Shown here: in pieces, positions 45,857-57,112 of the stretch
How the letters are laid out: each line of letters starts with the position of its first letter
How positions within the stretch are numbered: position 1 is the first letter of the stretch
DNA from: Orbicella franksi
Lineage: Eukaryota
Assembly (NCBI GenBank): GCA_964199315.1
Contig: OZ116706.1
Location: 2,232,001 to 2,296,000 of the forward strand
Reading direction: 5' to 3'
DNA length: 64,000 nt
Program-made: the position numbers and the translations under genes
Notes under the pieces: model-generated
What the model was told of the DNA's origin: nothing
Database searches by the model: none
The model's input: the letters and a program-made list of their open reading frames with translations, nothing else

Positions 45857-48800
45857 TTAAAGTGGATGATTTCGATCAAAAATGCGTGGTAGGAGTCTCT
45901 AAAAACAAGATAGCAAGTTTCTTCTTATCGGCTCAGTTGTGTAGGTGGAAGGAAGAATGAACTCGAACATTGCTTCACGTCTTCATTCCGTTGATATGTT
46001 TGCGTGGTAAATTGATCGTCTGCCAATTTGTTTGAAAACACGGTGCTGCCTCGTGCTGGGATAAAAGAAGGAGGATATACTTTCACATCAATGAAATTAC
46101 AACTTCTGCGAATTTCAGAAATATCGAGGCAGATACCTATCTAAGTCCAATAGACTCTCCGTGTTCTCAGGCCGAGACTTAAAAAATTAAGCTACATTTC
46201 GCCGCGTTGGTTTAGAAGAGAACTGATTGTGAAAGACTATAGGACAAGAGATCTGGCCGGACCTTGTTTTGTTAAAAGCAATTGTCAGCAACACATTGTG
46301 TATTATAATAACGAAAATAGTTTCTTTTGACTGTTTTGTTCCAGTCTCCGCCGCCATACTAATAAAGACCCGAAATTGTCATAATAGCTAGTCGCATTTT
46401 CGTTCTAATTTATCGATGATGCAATATGATCGCCTCTCGAAATCCTCGCACCACAACTTCTTCATGTGGAAAAAGTAGGCAATAATAGTCAAACTAGAAA
46501 ACGGACCCCCACCGCCCCCCCCCCCCAAAAAAAACAACAACTGATAAAACTTCAACACGCGGACAAAACCGGAGGATGAGATCTTAAGAGCGAAATCTTT
46601 TAAAAGACCGAAAATCATGGCAAACTGTGCATTCGATGTCTTTGATCATTTTAAGTGCTACTATTATCAAATTTTTACCCCCTTGAATTTTTAAGTGTGC
46701 TACATAGCATTCCTCGAAAGATTGGAATCGCCGTTTTCCGTTTGAAAATATTTGCATTAGTTCCGGAAGTATTAAAGTTTGAAAAATGTGTAAAGGAATT
46801 TTTTTTTTTTCAGTTTCACTAAGCCGGTAAGTTTGTAATTTGCCCGCCGATGCGATACAAAACAGTCTTAAGGCACACTACGGCGATAAACATGACAAAC
46901 AACCCATATCATAAAAACTAGGGTATCTAAAAGATAATAATGTTACGGCACATTCTGTTGATAGTGACATGTTTTACGCAGTGATTCATCTACAACTTCA
47001 TGCATGATGACGCATAGATGGCGAGGTGTGACAAGGGATCGTGACAAAAAAGCACATAGTGATCTGAACTAAGTTTGAACATAAAAAGATACACATAAAT
47101 CTCCCCCTTACCAGACGGTGAAAATCGAAAGATGTGGAAATTGGGCAGAAATCTAACTTATAAATTCTGTACTGATACGCATTAAATGTCTCCAGAATGT
47201 TGACAGACTGCGTCGAAGACGCGTCCATCGCGACGTGTGAAAATGCTAAAGCTTTAGCTTAAATTCATGTTTGGATGGAAAGGAATAGATCGCAGCATAT
47301 ACGAAATTAGCGTGTTCTACGGTTTTCATTTGTTTTAATTTTTCTACAAGCTTTAGGAGCGACGATTTCTCTGCACTTTAAGAATTTGGCCAAGTAGGCG
47401 AGACAGCTAAGAAATGACACACTATGTTTAAAATTAAGATGTCACAATCGATCGCCCAGATTTTCAAACTTTCAAATACTGCATTAAGAACAAAAGCAAG
47501 AGTTGTGAAAGTCAGGCACAATCTCCTTCACGTCGTTTTCCAGGTAAATCAGAGCAAAACACAACCACTAATCTTTCTCACTGGAATCCACGCGAAAAGG
47601 CGTTCTCGTGTTGTTCGTGGCGCAACGCACTCTGGTAAAAAGTGGCGCAGTGTACTCTGGTTAAATGCAATGCATTCTGGTAAAAAGTGATAAATTCGAG
47701 AATTCGTACCCCCTTCTATATATTCTTCTTAAATCCTGTTGCTGCTCGCTCGTTACGTTCGCTTCGCAGCAATTATTTGATGTTGTTAACATCAAAATTC
47801 ACGTTTCGTATGTTTCAGCATTCATCTACCGAAGTAACGGTAACTGATGTTAAGAGAAAGACTGGTACCTAATTGGGAACATAAATACTGACTTCCTCTT
47901 GCAATCTGAGAACGAAAACAAAAACATCCTGTTGAAGTAGAAATGGGACTAGAACCCGACTGTCACTTTGTTCTTGAGTTTCAGTTTCACATTCGCCAGG
48001 CGCTTGGGCTGCCCCACGCAGCAACCCGCAGTAAAAGCGACAAAACTCGGGGTAGCTTCATATATAGAAAGCTGACACTTTTAAGCGACCGAGACCATCT
48101 TTCATAGAATACTGAGAATAGAATAGAATAGAAAGCCTTTATTTTAACACGATAAGTTTTAAAGCTAAAAGTTGTGGGGTCGTGCATAAAATAAAAGAAA
48201 GACCTAATAACAATGTAATAATAAGTAAAAATTAAAAACTACTGACCTTATAAGAACCTGATTTATATTTACCTTCTGATCTATCATTTACCTTCTTACC
48301 ATTTTCTTCTTTTTCACTAACACCAATTCCTCTCTGACTAATCTAATAAACGCGATTGTTCAATAAGAGAAAGGTTTTGTTCACTGCGACCTTCATTGAC
48401 ACGATCGAACAGCTAAATTTAGGGACTGTAAAAGATAATTATATGCTTATCAAGTGATGTTTATTTTCTTCTGTTGCGGGATTGCAAAATTTGGGTTCCC
48501 ACACCCACCACGCCTTAGCAATACCTACTATCCACACCCACAGTCGACAATCGCTGTTTACAGTACAAGGCATACAGGATATCGTTCGGTACATCCTGCC
48601 TTGAGAATTCGGTCGAATTTTAATTTGTTCTGATGAGGAGTTTTTGCGTGTTGATCCGCGTTTTTCGCCTCTTGTCGCTTACCCGGCACAATGGCCGAAC
48701 CAAAGACCACCTATATGTTTTTCTGAGAGGTGGACTGGCTCTAGCAGCTTCCTTCATTCTGTTTCTGACGTCACTAGGGTGGAATTGAATGTGATCGATG

Positions 48801-49948
48801 GGTTCAGGTATTTCTTCCGCTGGTCTGCTGTTTCGGTTTTCTCTTAAAATGGCGACTGCTGGTTGTATCCAAACGCGATCGTGACTGATAAATCTATGCC
48901 AAAGTTAGCAAAGACGTTTTTATCAAACAATTTGACTTAAATGCAACCTCGATTCAAACGCAAAGCAAGAACGTGACGGGTTTTAAGTTTAATTAGAATT
49001 ATAGAATTAATTTATTAGAATTGTGAATTATTAGAAGTGTAGAAGTGTAGAATTGTTAGAATTGTAGAATTATTATATTATTACTGTACATGTTTCTGTA
49101 CATGTTTCTTCAAATCAAATCTTGTGTAAATAAAGGATTGCTGTTGTTGTTATCGAAAGATAATTTCACATTGCTTTTATTTCGTCAACTCAGTGGAACC
49201 GTAACTACTTCAAATAGGCATGCCTTCCTTGAAATCGTCTGTCATTTTTAATTTAGGAATAAGAAAAGTTTTATTAGACAGTCATAGATTTGTTCATTTC
49301 ATTATTTAAGTTCAGCCAAAAAAGAAAGAAAAAATATCATCCAAAATCGTGTTGCATAGGCCTTTTCACGGGTTTAGACGCCGCCATCTTGCCTGGGTGA
49401 CAAACACAGCAAAAATTGCCGTAAACGGTATGGGGAAAGTTAAAAGCTCCATGCCCAATATTAACTTGAGAGTAATTGAAGTTCTGAGTATTAACTGAGT
49501 TGAAAGGAACAGATACCCAACGGAAGGTTTTGTTGACCAAATTAGAAGAACACAGACTTGCTGTGAGGCGACGAATTGCACTTTTAATTGTTCATACAAA
49601 TGTCTCATGGGAAAATGAAAACCTTAATTGTGGCTGTACTAGCGAGGCGATTTCTCTCAAATGTATTCTGTAAATTCTTTTACCTACTTACTTTAGTTTT
49701 TAATTCCTTTACACTTTAGAACTCGAATTTTCCATGAGATGTTAGATATTAGATTCTCCATGTTCCCCACAGATTTACTATAATTTTTGCCGTGGGACTC
49801 AGAATTTTTCTTTGTCCCACGCTCGTGTCATGTTGATTAATTCACCTTCACATTTTCTTTACCGAGCTTAAAATTCACCATCTTTATTAACTTATCACTA
49901 CTCACGATGAATTCGATAGCGTTGATCCTAGCAGTATGCAGGACACCT
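44759..49948 (+). repeat. Direct segmental duplication, copy 1 (~5.2 kb)
   Basis: Aligns by eye with 51140-56456; offset 6381 at the left end and 6508 at the right end. Confidence 0.95.
49795..49948 (+). mobile_element. Truncated tRNA-like tandem retro-insertion (right end removed at the duplication junction)
   Basis: Shares the left TSD AATTTTTGCCGTG (49782-49794) with the intact copy at 56303-56622. Confidence 0.8.
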
Positions 49949-49950
49949 GC

Positions 49951-50390
49951 ATACTGCATTGAAGTCGGTCAGTTCTACTACACTCTGTTCTACCAGATGG
50001 AAGAGAATGGCATCGACGAGCATAATCGATCTGTTCTGTTTGTATTACATATTTCCAGAATTAATAACCAGTTAAACCTCCTAGTTGAGGCATGGAATAA
50101 CCATGCTGTACGCACAACCAAGATGGGTGAACGCAGTGATTTTACAAGATATATGTAATACTGGAAATACTAGCTGTCAGGGACACATTTGATGATAACA
50201 CCCAACCTGATGAATTATGTGGTGAAGACCCAATAGGACTTACACTAAAGTCACCTTCTGTTTCCTAAAACTCCCCTTGAGGTATTGATATATCATCATG
50301 ATAGGCTGGACGACCCACTCTTCCATTAGAAGCTGATACAGTTGGCAAAGCCCTGATGGGAATACACTGAGGTACATGAAACTGCTCTTA
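49951..50390 (+). pseudogene. Decayed integrase-core (IS3EU-like DDE transposase) fragment
   Basis: FYYTLFYQMEENGIDEHNRSVLFVLHISRINNQLNLLVEAWNNHAVRT resembles the recalled FY.LF..ME..G.LD..LF.LH..PRIN..L..F..AWN.HP.RT pattern; frame-disrupted downstream. Confidence 0.5.
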
Positions 50391-51139
50391 ATGCAAACAT
50401 TTCCCATCTAAGTAGTAAATATTGTATTTGTCTCACCAGCGATTCTAGAGGTCATATCTTCTCAGCATTTGCCTTGGTACCTCTGTCCAATGAGTCAACT
50501 AAAGGATTAGCCTAGCTTGGCAATTTAGCAATTTTTTAAGCAATTTGAGCGCAGAAAGCGACAAAAGCGCGAAAACCAGCAGGAACCCCTCACTTTCTTC
50601 GTGGCTACGACGCATTTGGCGCTCGTTATCACGGCTTCGTCGTTTTGTTAGCGTTGGGATAAAATCTTAAACAGTCATTCAAAAGACGCATAACTGTTTC
50701 TAGAAGTTCATTCACTGGAGAACTGCAGTAACAAACATTAAATAGCAGATAGACCAAGACAAGGCATTTTACCACTGCCGCCATATTGACGATTTCTAGT
50801 TAAAGTAATTTTCACTGCTATCATACACGAACAGCCATTCTCTTAAAAGGCACATTTCGTGCTAGCATATACAACGTAATTTACGAGACCCGCATATACG
50901 CGCATTTTAGCACGCGTATATATGGGTCCTTGTAGGACGCATATATTGGGGCATTTATTTCGCATATCCCCGCGCTTGAATTTACGCAAATATATGGCCC
51001 TTTAAAAATGCGTATATACGCGATCTAAATGGTCGTATATATGAGCTTAAAGCCCATACGTAGCGTATGTAAACAAGTATACGCGGCAGAAAAACCCGCG
51101 TATACTCTGTCGTAATTTTGAAACGAATGACCAACCATA

Positions 51140-54100
51140 GGAGTGTTCATATGGAAGAATTTTTATCCCGGTTACCGAGATCTCGGTCGCAAAAACCGGG
51201 ATCTCGGTAACCGGGCCAGCCCGGCTTCTCATATGAACACATCGAAATTTTTACGGAGGAAAGAGTGGCGAGGCGAGATCTCGGAAACCGAGCTAGCCCG
51301 GTTGACCGGGCTCATATGAAGAGGCCCTAAGTTTGTAATTTACATATATTTCGTTCCTCAAAGTCGAAGCTAAAAGAACAAAACAATTCTGTATTCGGAA
51401 TGGCCATTGAGAAACACGACCTGATTACCGGCGACCTCCGGCGTGCGTTTGTTCTTATTAAAATCTACAACTACATAGCTAGTTTACCAGTTCGAAGTCT
51501 CAACAAACTTCTTCGCGTCGTTGTAGAACGTAGGTTTCGTTTACTATTCGTTTAGACAAGTCTCTATTTCAAGTACAAAAAACGCGATGCATTTAATTTA
51601 CCGTGTAATTTCCTCACCTATAGTTTCGTCTGGGACTCGGAGGATCGTTTGCGCTCGAAATAGTGAGATGGCTTCCAGCTTATCCCAAATTCGTGTCTTA
51701 TGGAGTACCTTGACAATTTCAAGCTTTCCACTAGAGATAGAGAAGAATATACAGGTAATGAAAATCTCTAGGTTTTTACAGTAGCGGCGAACCCGAGATC
51801 GAAGAAATCCCGGATTTAGTTTCGCACAGATCAGCCCACTTCTTTGGTCTTTTTCTCGTTTCTGCTAGAGTTTCATCGAGATAGAGGTATTGAATGAAGA
51901 GGAATACTCTATTCTACGCATCCTACATTGCTACACTCTCCAACAACATATCTTCCTTGCATTCTGAAACGATTTTGATACAAACTATCGCATGTACGCA
52001 TACATTCTTCTCAGAAACAAAATACTGTTATTCCCGAAGTGACGTCAGAAGCCAACTCGTCCCATTCTCCGCTATTCCTCGGTCGTGAACATGAAAAAGG
52101 GCAAATTTACAAACTTTAAAAATTCATAGAAACTTAACGAAAATAGCTACAACGATAATTTTTTCGCAGTGGTAATCAGGAGAAAAAGGAAATTTATATT
52201 AGCGAAAAAAGTTTTGGGGTTAGGGGCACTTTAAAGTGGATGATTTCGATCAAAAATGCGTGGTAGGAGTCTCTAAAAACAAGATAGCAAGTTTCTTCTT
52301 ATCGGCTCAGTTGTGTGGGTGGAAGGAAGAATGAACTCGAACATTGCTTCACTTCTTCGTTCCGTTGTTATGTTTGCGTGGTAGATTGATCGTCTGCCAA
52401 TTTGTTTGAAAACACGGTGCTGCCTCGTGCTGGGATAAAAGAAGGAAGATAAACTTTAACATCAATGAAATTACAACTTCCGCGAATTTTCAGAAATATC
52501 CATTAGACTCTCCGTGTTTCCAGGTCGGCTACATTTCGCCGTGTTGGTTTAGAAGAGAAATGATGAAATTACAACTTCCGCGAATTTTCAGAAATATCCA
52601 TTAGACTCTCCGTGTTTCCAGGTCGGCTACATTTCGCCGCGTTGGTTTAGAAGAGAAATGATCACGTGAAAGACTATAGGACTAGAGATCTGGCCGGACG
52701 TTGTTTTGTTAAAAGCAATTGACAGCAACACATTGTGTATTATAATAACAAAAATAGTTTCTTTTGACTGTTTCGTTGTCTCCCCCGCCATACTAATGAA
52801 GACCCGAAATTGTCATAATAGCTAGTCGCATTTTTGCTCTAACTTATCGATGATGCAATATGATCAACTCTCGAAATCCTGGCACCACAACTTCTTCATG
52901 TAGAAAAAGTGGGCAAAAATAGTCAAACTAGAAAACGGACCCCCCCCCCCCCCAAAAAAAAACAACAACTGATAAGACTTCAACACGCAGACGAAACAGG
53001 AGGATGAAATCTTAAGAGCGAAATCTTTTATAAGACAGAAAATCATGGCAAACTGTGCATTCGATGTCTTTGATCATTTAAAGTGCTACTATTATCAAAT
53101 TTCTACCCCCTTGAATTTTTAGGTGTGCTACATAGCATTCCACGAAAGATTGGAATCGCCGTTTTCGTTTGCAAATATTTGCATTAGTTCCAGAAATATT
53201 AAAGTTTGAAAAATATGTAAAGTAATCAGTTTTTTTTTCAGTTTCACTAAGCCGGTAAGTTTTTAATTTGCCCACCGATGCGATACAAAACAGTCTTAAG
53301 GCACACTAGGGCGATAAACATGACAAACAACCCATATCATAAAAACTGGGGTATCTAAGAGATAACAATGCTACGGCACATTCTGTTGATAGTAACATAT
53401 TTTACGCAGTGATTCATCTACAACTTCATGCAAGATGACGCATCGATGGCGAGGTGTGACAAGGGATCGTGACAAGAAAGCACATAGTGATCAGTTTCAA
53501 CATAAAAAGATACACATCAATGTCCCCTTTACCAGATGGCGACAATCGAAAGATGTGGAAATTGGGCAGAAATCTAACTTATAATTCTGTACTGATACAC
53601 ATTAAATGTCTTTCGAATGTTGACAGACTGCGTCGAGGAAGCGTCCATCGCGATGTGTGAAAATGCTAAAGCTTTAGCTTAAATTCATGTTTAGATGAAA
53701 AGGAATAGATCGCAGCATATATGAAATTAGCGTGTTCTACGGTTTTCATTTGTTTTAATTATTCTACAAGCTTAAGGAGCGACGATTTCTCTTCACTTTA
53801 AGAATTCGGCCAAGTAGGCGAGACTGCTATGAAATGACATACTAAGTTTAAAATTAAGATGTCACAATCAGTCGTCTAGATTTTCAAACTTTCACATACT
53901 ACATTAAGAACAAAAGCAAGAGTTGTGAAAGTCAGGCACAATCTCCTTCACATCGTTTTACAGGTAAATCAGAGCAAAACACAACCACTAATCTTTCTCA
54001 CTGGAATCCACGCGAAAAGGCGTTCTCGTGTTGTTCGTGGCGCAACGCGCTCTGGTAAAAAGCGGCGCAGTGTACTCTGGTTAAATGCAATGCATTCTGG

Positions 54101-56456
54101 TAAAAAGTGATGACTTCTAGAATTCGTACCCCCTTCTATATATTCTTCTTAAATCCTGTTTATGTTGCTGCTCGCTCGCTACGTTCGCTTCGCAACAATT
54201 ATTTGATGTTATTAACATCAAAATTCACGTTTCGTATGTTTCAGCATTCATCTACCGAAGCAACGGTAACTGATGTTAAAAGAAAGACTGGTACCTAATT
54301 GGGTACATAAATACTGACTTCCTCTTGCATTCTGCGATCGAAAACAAAAACATCCTGCTGAAGTAGAAATGGGACTAGAATCCGACTGTCACTTTGTTCG
54401 TGAGTTTCAGTTTCACATTCGTCAAGGGCTCGGGTTGCCCCACGCAGCAACCCGCAGTAAAAGCGAGAAGAATTTCTCCGGAACCCGGGGTAACTTCATG
54501 CATAGAAAGCTGACACTTTTAAGCGACCGAGGCCATCTTTCATAGAATAGAATAGAATAGAATAGAATAGAATAGAATAGAATAGAATAGAATAGAATAG
54601 AATAGAATAGAATAGAATAGAATAGAATAGAGTACAAAGCCTTTATTTTAACACGATAAGTTTTAAAGCTAAAAACTTGTGGGGTCGTGCATAAAATAAA
54701 AGAAAGACCTAATAACAATGTAATAATAAGTAAAAATTAAAAGCTACTGACCTTATAAGAACCTGATCTATATTTAACTTCTGATCTATCATTTACCTTC
54801 CTCTTAACATTTCCTTATTTTTCACTAACACCAATTCCTCTCTGACTAATCCAATAAATGCAATTGTTCAATAAGAGAAAGGTTTTGTTTACTGCGACCT
54901 TCATTGACACGATCGAACAGCTAAATTTAGGGACTGTAAAAGATAATTATATGCTTATCAAGTGATGTTTATTTTCTTCTGTTGCGGGATTGCAAAATTT
55001 GGGTTCCCACACCCACCACGCCTTAGCAATACCTACTATCCACACCCACAGTCGACAATCGCTGTTTACAGTACAAGGCATACAGGATATCGTTCGGTAC
55101 ATCCTGCCTTGAGAATTCGGTCGAATTTTAATTTGTTCTGATGAGGAGTTTTTGCGTGTTGATCCGCGTTTTTCGCCTCTTGTCGCTTACCCGGCACAAT
55201 GGCCGAACCAAAGACCACCTATATGTTTTTCTGAGAGGTGGACTGGCTCTAGCAGCTTCCTTCATTCTGTTTCTGACGTCACTAGGGTGGAATTGAATGT
55301 GATCGATGGGTTCAGGTATTTCTTCCGCTGGTCTGCTGTTTCGGTTTTCTCTCAAAATGGCGACTGCTGGTTGTATCCAAACGCGATCGTGACTGATAAA
55401 TCTATGCCAAAGTTAGCAAAGACGTTTTTATCAAACAATTTGACTTAAATGCAACCTCGATTCAAACGCAAAGCAAGAACGTGACGGGTTTTAAGTTTAA
55501 TTAGAATTATAGAATTAATTTATTAGAATTGTGAATTATTAGAAGTGTAGAAGTGTAGAATTGTTAGAATTGTAGAATTATTATATTATTACTGTACATG
55601 TTTCTGTACATGTTTCTTCAAATCAAATCTTGTGTAAATAAAGGATTGCTGTTGTTGTTATCGAAAGATAATTTCACATTGCTTTTATTTCGTCAACTCA
55701 GTGGAACCGTAACTACTTCAAATAGGCATGCCTTCCTTGAAATCGTCTGTCATTTTTAATTTAGGAATAAGAAAAGTTTTATTAGACAGTCATAGATTTG
55801 TTCATTTCATTATTTAAGTTCAGCCAAAAAAGAAAGAAAAAATATCATCCAAAATCGTGTTGCATAGGCCTTTTCACGGGTTTAGACGCCGCCATCTTGC
55901 CTGGGTGACAAACACAGCAAAAATTGCCGTAAACGGTATGGGGAAAGTTAAAAGCTCCATGCCCAATATTAACTTGAGAGTAATTGAAGTTCTGAGTATT
56001 AACTGAGTTGAAAGGAACAGATACCCAACGGAAGGTTTTGTTGACCAAATTAGAAGAACACAGACTTGCTGTGAGGCGACGAATTGCACTTTTAATTGTT
56101 CATACAAATGTCTCATGGGAAAATGAAAACCTTAATTGTGGCTGTACTAGCGAGGCGATTTCTCTCAAATGTATTCTGTAAATTCTTTTACCTACTTACT
56201 TTAGTTTTTAATTCCTTTACACTTTAGAACTCGAATTTTCCATGAGATGTTAGATATTAGATTCTCCATGTTCCCCATAGATTTACTATAATTTTTGCCG
56301 TGGGACTCAGAATTTTTCTTTGTCCCACGCTCGTGTCATGTTGATTAATTCACCTTCACATTTTCTTTACCGAGCTTAAAATTCACCATCTTTATTAACT
56401 TATCACTACTCACGATGAATTCGATAGCGTTGATCCTAGCAGTATGCAGGACACCT
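51140..56456 (+). repeat. Direct segmental duplication, copy 2 (~5.3 kb)
   Basis: Matches 44759-49948; carries an extra 98-bp internal tandem duplication (52465-52660) and an expanded AATAG array. Confidence 0.95.
54542..54630 (+). repeat. (AATAG)n microsatellite, ~17-18 units
   Basis: Direct reading; only ~3 units at the paralogous site near 48117. Confidence 0.95.
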
Positions 56457-56692
56457 ATCATATATGAACTCAGTTAAATGGCTTTGCTCTCCATGAGTTC
56501 TCGTAGCTCAGTGGATAGAGTGCCCGCCCGGTGTTCGGGAGGTCATGGGTTCGATTCCTGTCGGGGACTCAGAATCTTTCTTTGTCCCACGCTCGTGTCA
56601 TGTTGATTAATTCACCTTCACAAATTTTTGCCGTGTTTTTCACTCCCCCAAGCAAGTTGAACTAAGATGGCGTCCGAAACCGTGAAAAGGCC
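55867..56692. mobile_element. MITE hosting the tRNA-like insertion
   Basis: TIRs GGCCTTTTCACGG..GCCATCTT / AAGATGGC..CCGTGAAAAGGCC, flanked by TA. Confidence 0.65.
56303..56622 (+). mobile_element. tRNA-like partial-tandem retro-insertion (one 261-bp unit plus ~59-bp terminal redundancy)
   Basis: 13-bp TSD AATTTTTGCCGTG at 56290-56302 and 56623-56635; internal tRNA-like cloverleaf at 56495-56570 with A box (TAGCTCAGTGG) and B box (GGTTCGATTCC). Confidence 0.88.
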
Positions 56693-56907
56693 TATTGAAG
56701 GCCATTTGTGATCGTTTGGCAGCTCGTTTTCTTTGTAGAGAGATGTGGATGCCTGAAAAAACGCGGCGAGTCAACACTAAACAACCTGTTTTCGGAACTT
56801 GCCATAATGAGCGCACTATAAATCTTTGTTTCTGGACCTAGTATTTGTTGGTAACTATAGACCAGTGTTCGAGTATTACCTCACTACTTTTCGGCTTTAT
56901 TCACTTC

Positions 56908-57112
56908 AATTGGCGGGCTCTGGACATTGTCCGTTTAGCTGAAACATTTCTTTCTTCTTATTTCCCATTATAAGTGAGAATGAAAAGTTTTTACAGTTAC
57001 TACTTTGTAGCTTCATTCATTTCAATTAGCGGGCTCTGGACATTTCGTTCGTTTGGCTGGAAACGTCTCTTTCTTCTTGTTTCCTGTTATAACTGAGAAT
57101 GAAAAGTTTTTT
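56908..57112 (+). repeat. Two-copy ~115-bp imperfect tandem repeat
   Basis: CAATTRGCGGGCTCTGGACATT...GAGAATGAAAAGTTTTT occurs twice. Confidence 0.75.

Noticed and set aside
45206-56116. Pairs of 60-100 aa ORFs open in both duplicate copies
   Set aside because: No recognisable domains. They lie in transposon TIRs or bodies, and their shared openness reflects recent duplication.
56495-56570. Functional tRNA genes here and at 18440-18515
   Set aside because: 8-bp acceptor stem, mismatched anticodon stem and non-canonical loop; both lie inside TSD-flanked repeat insertions.
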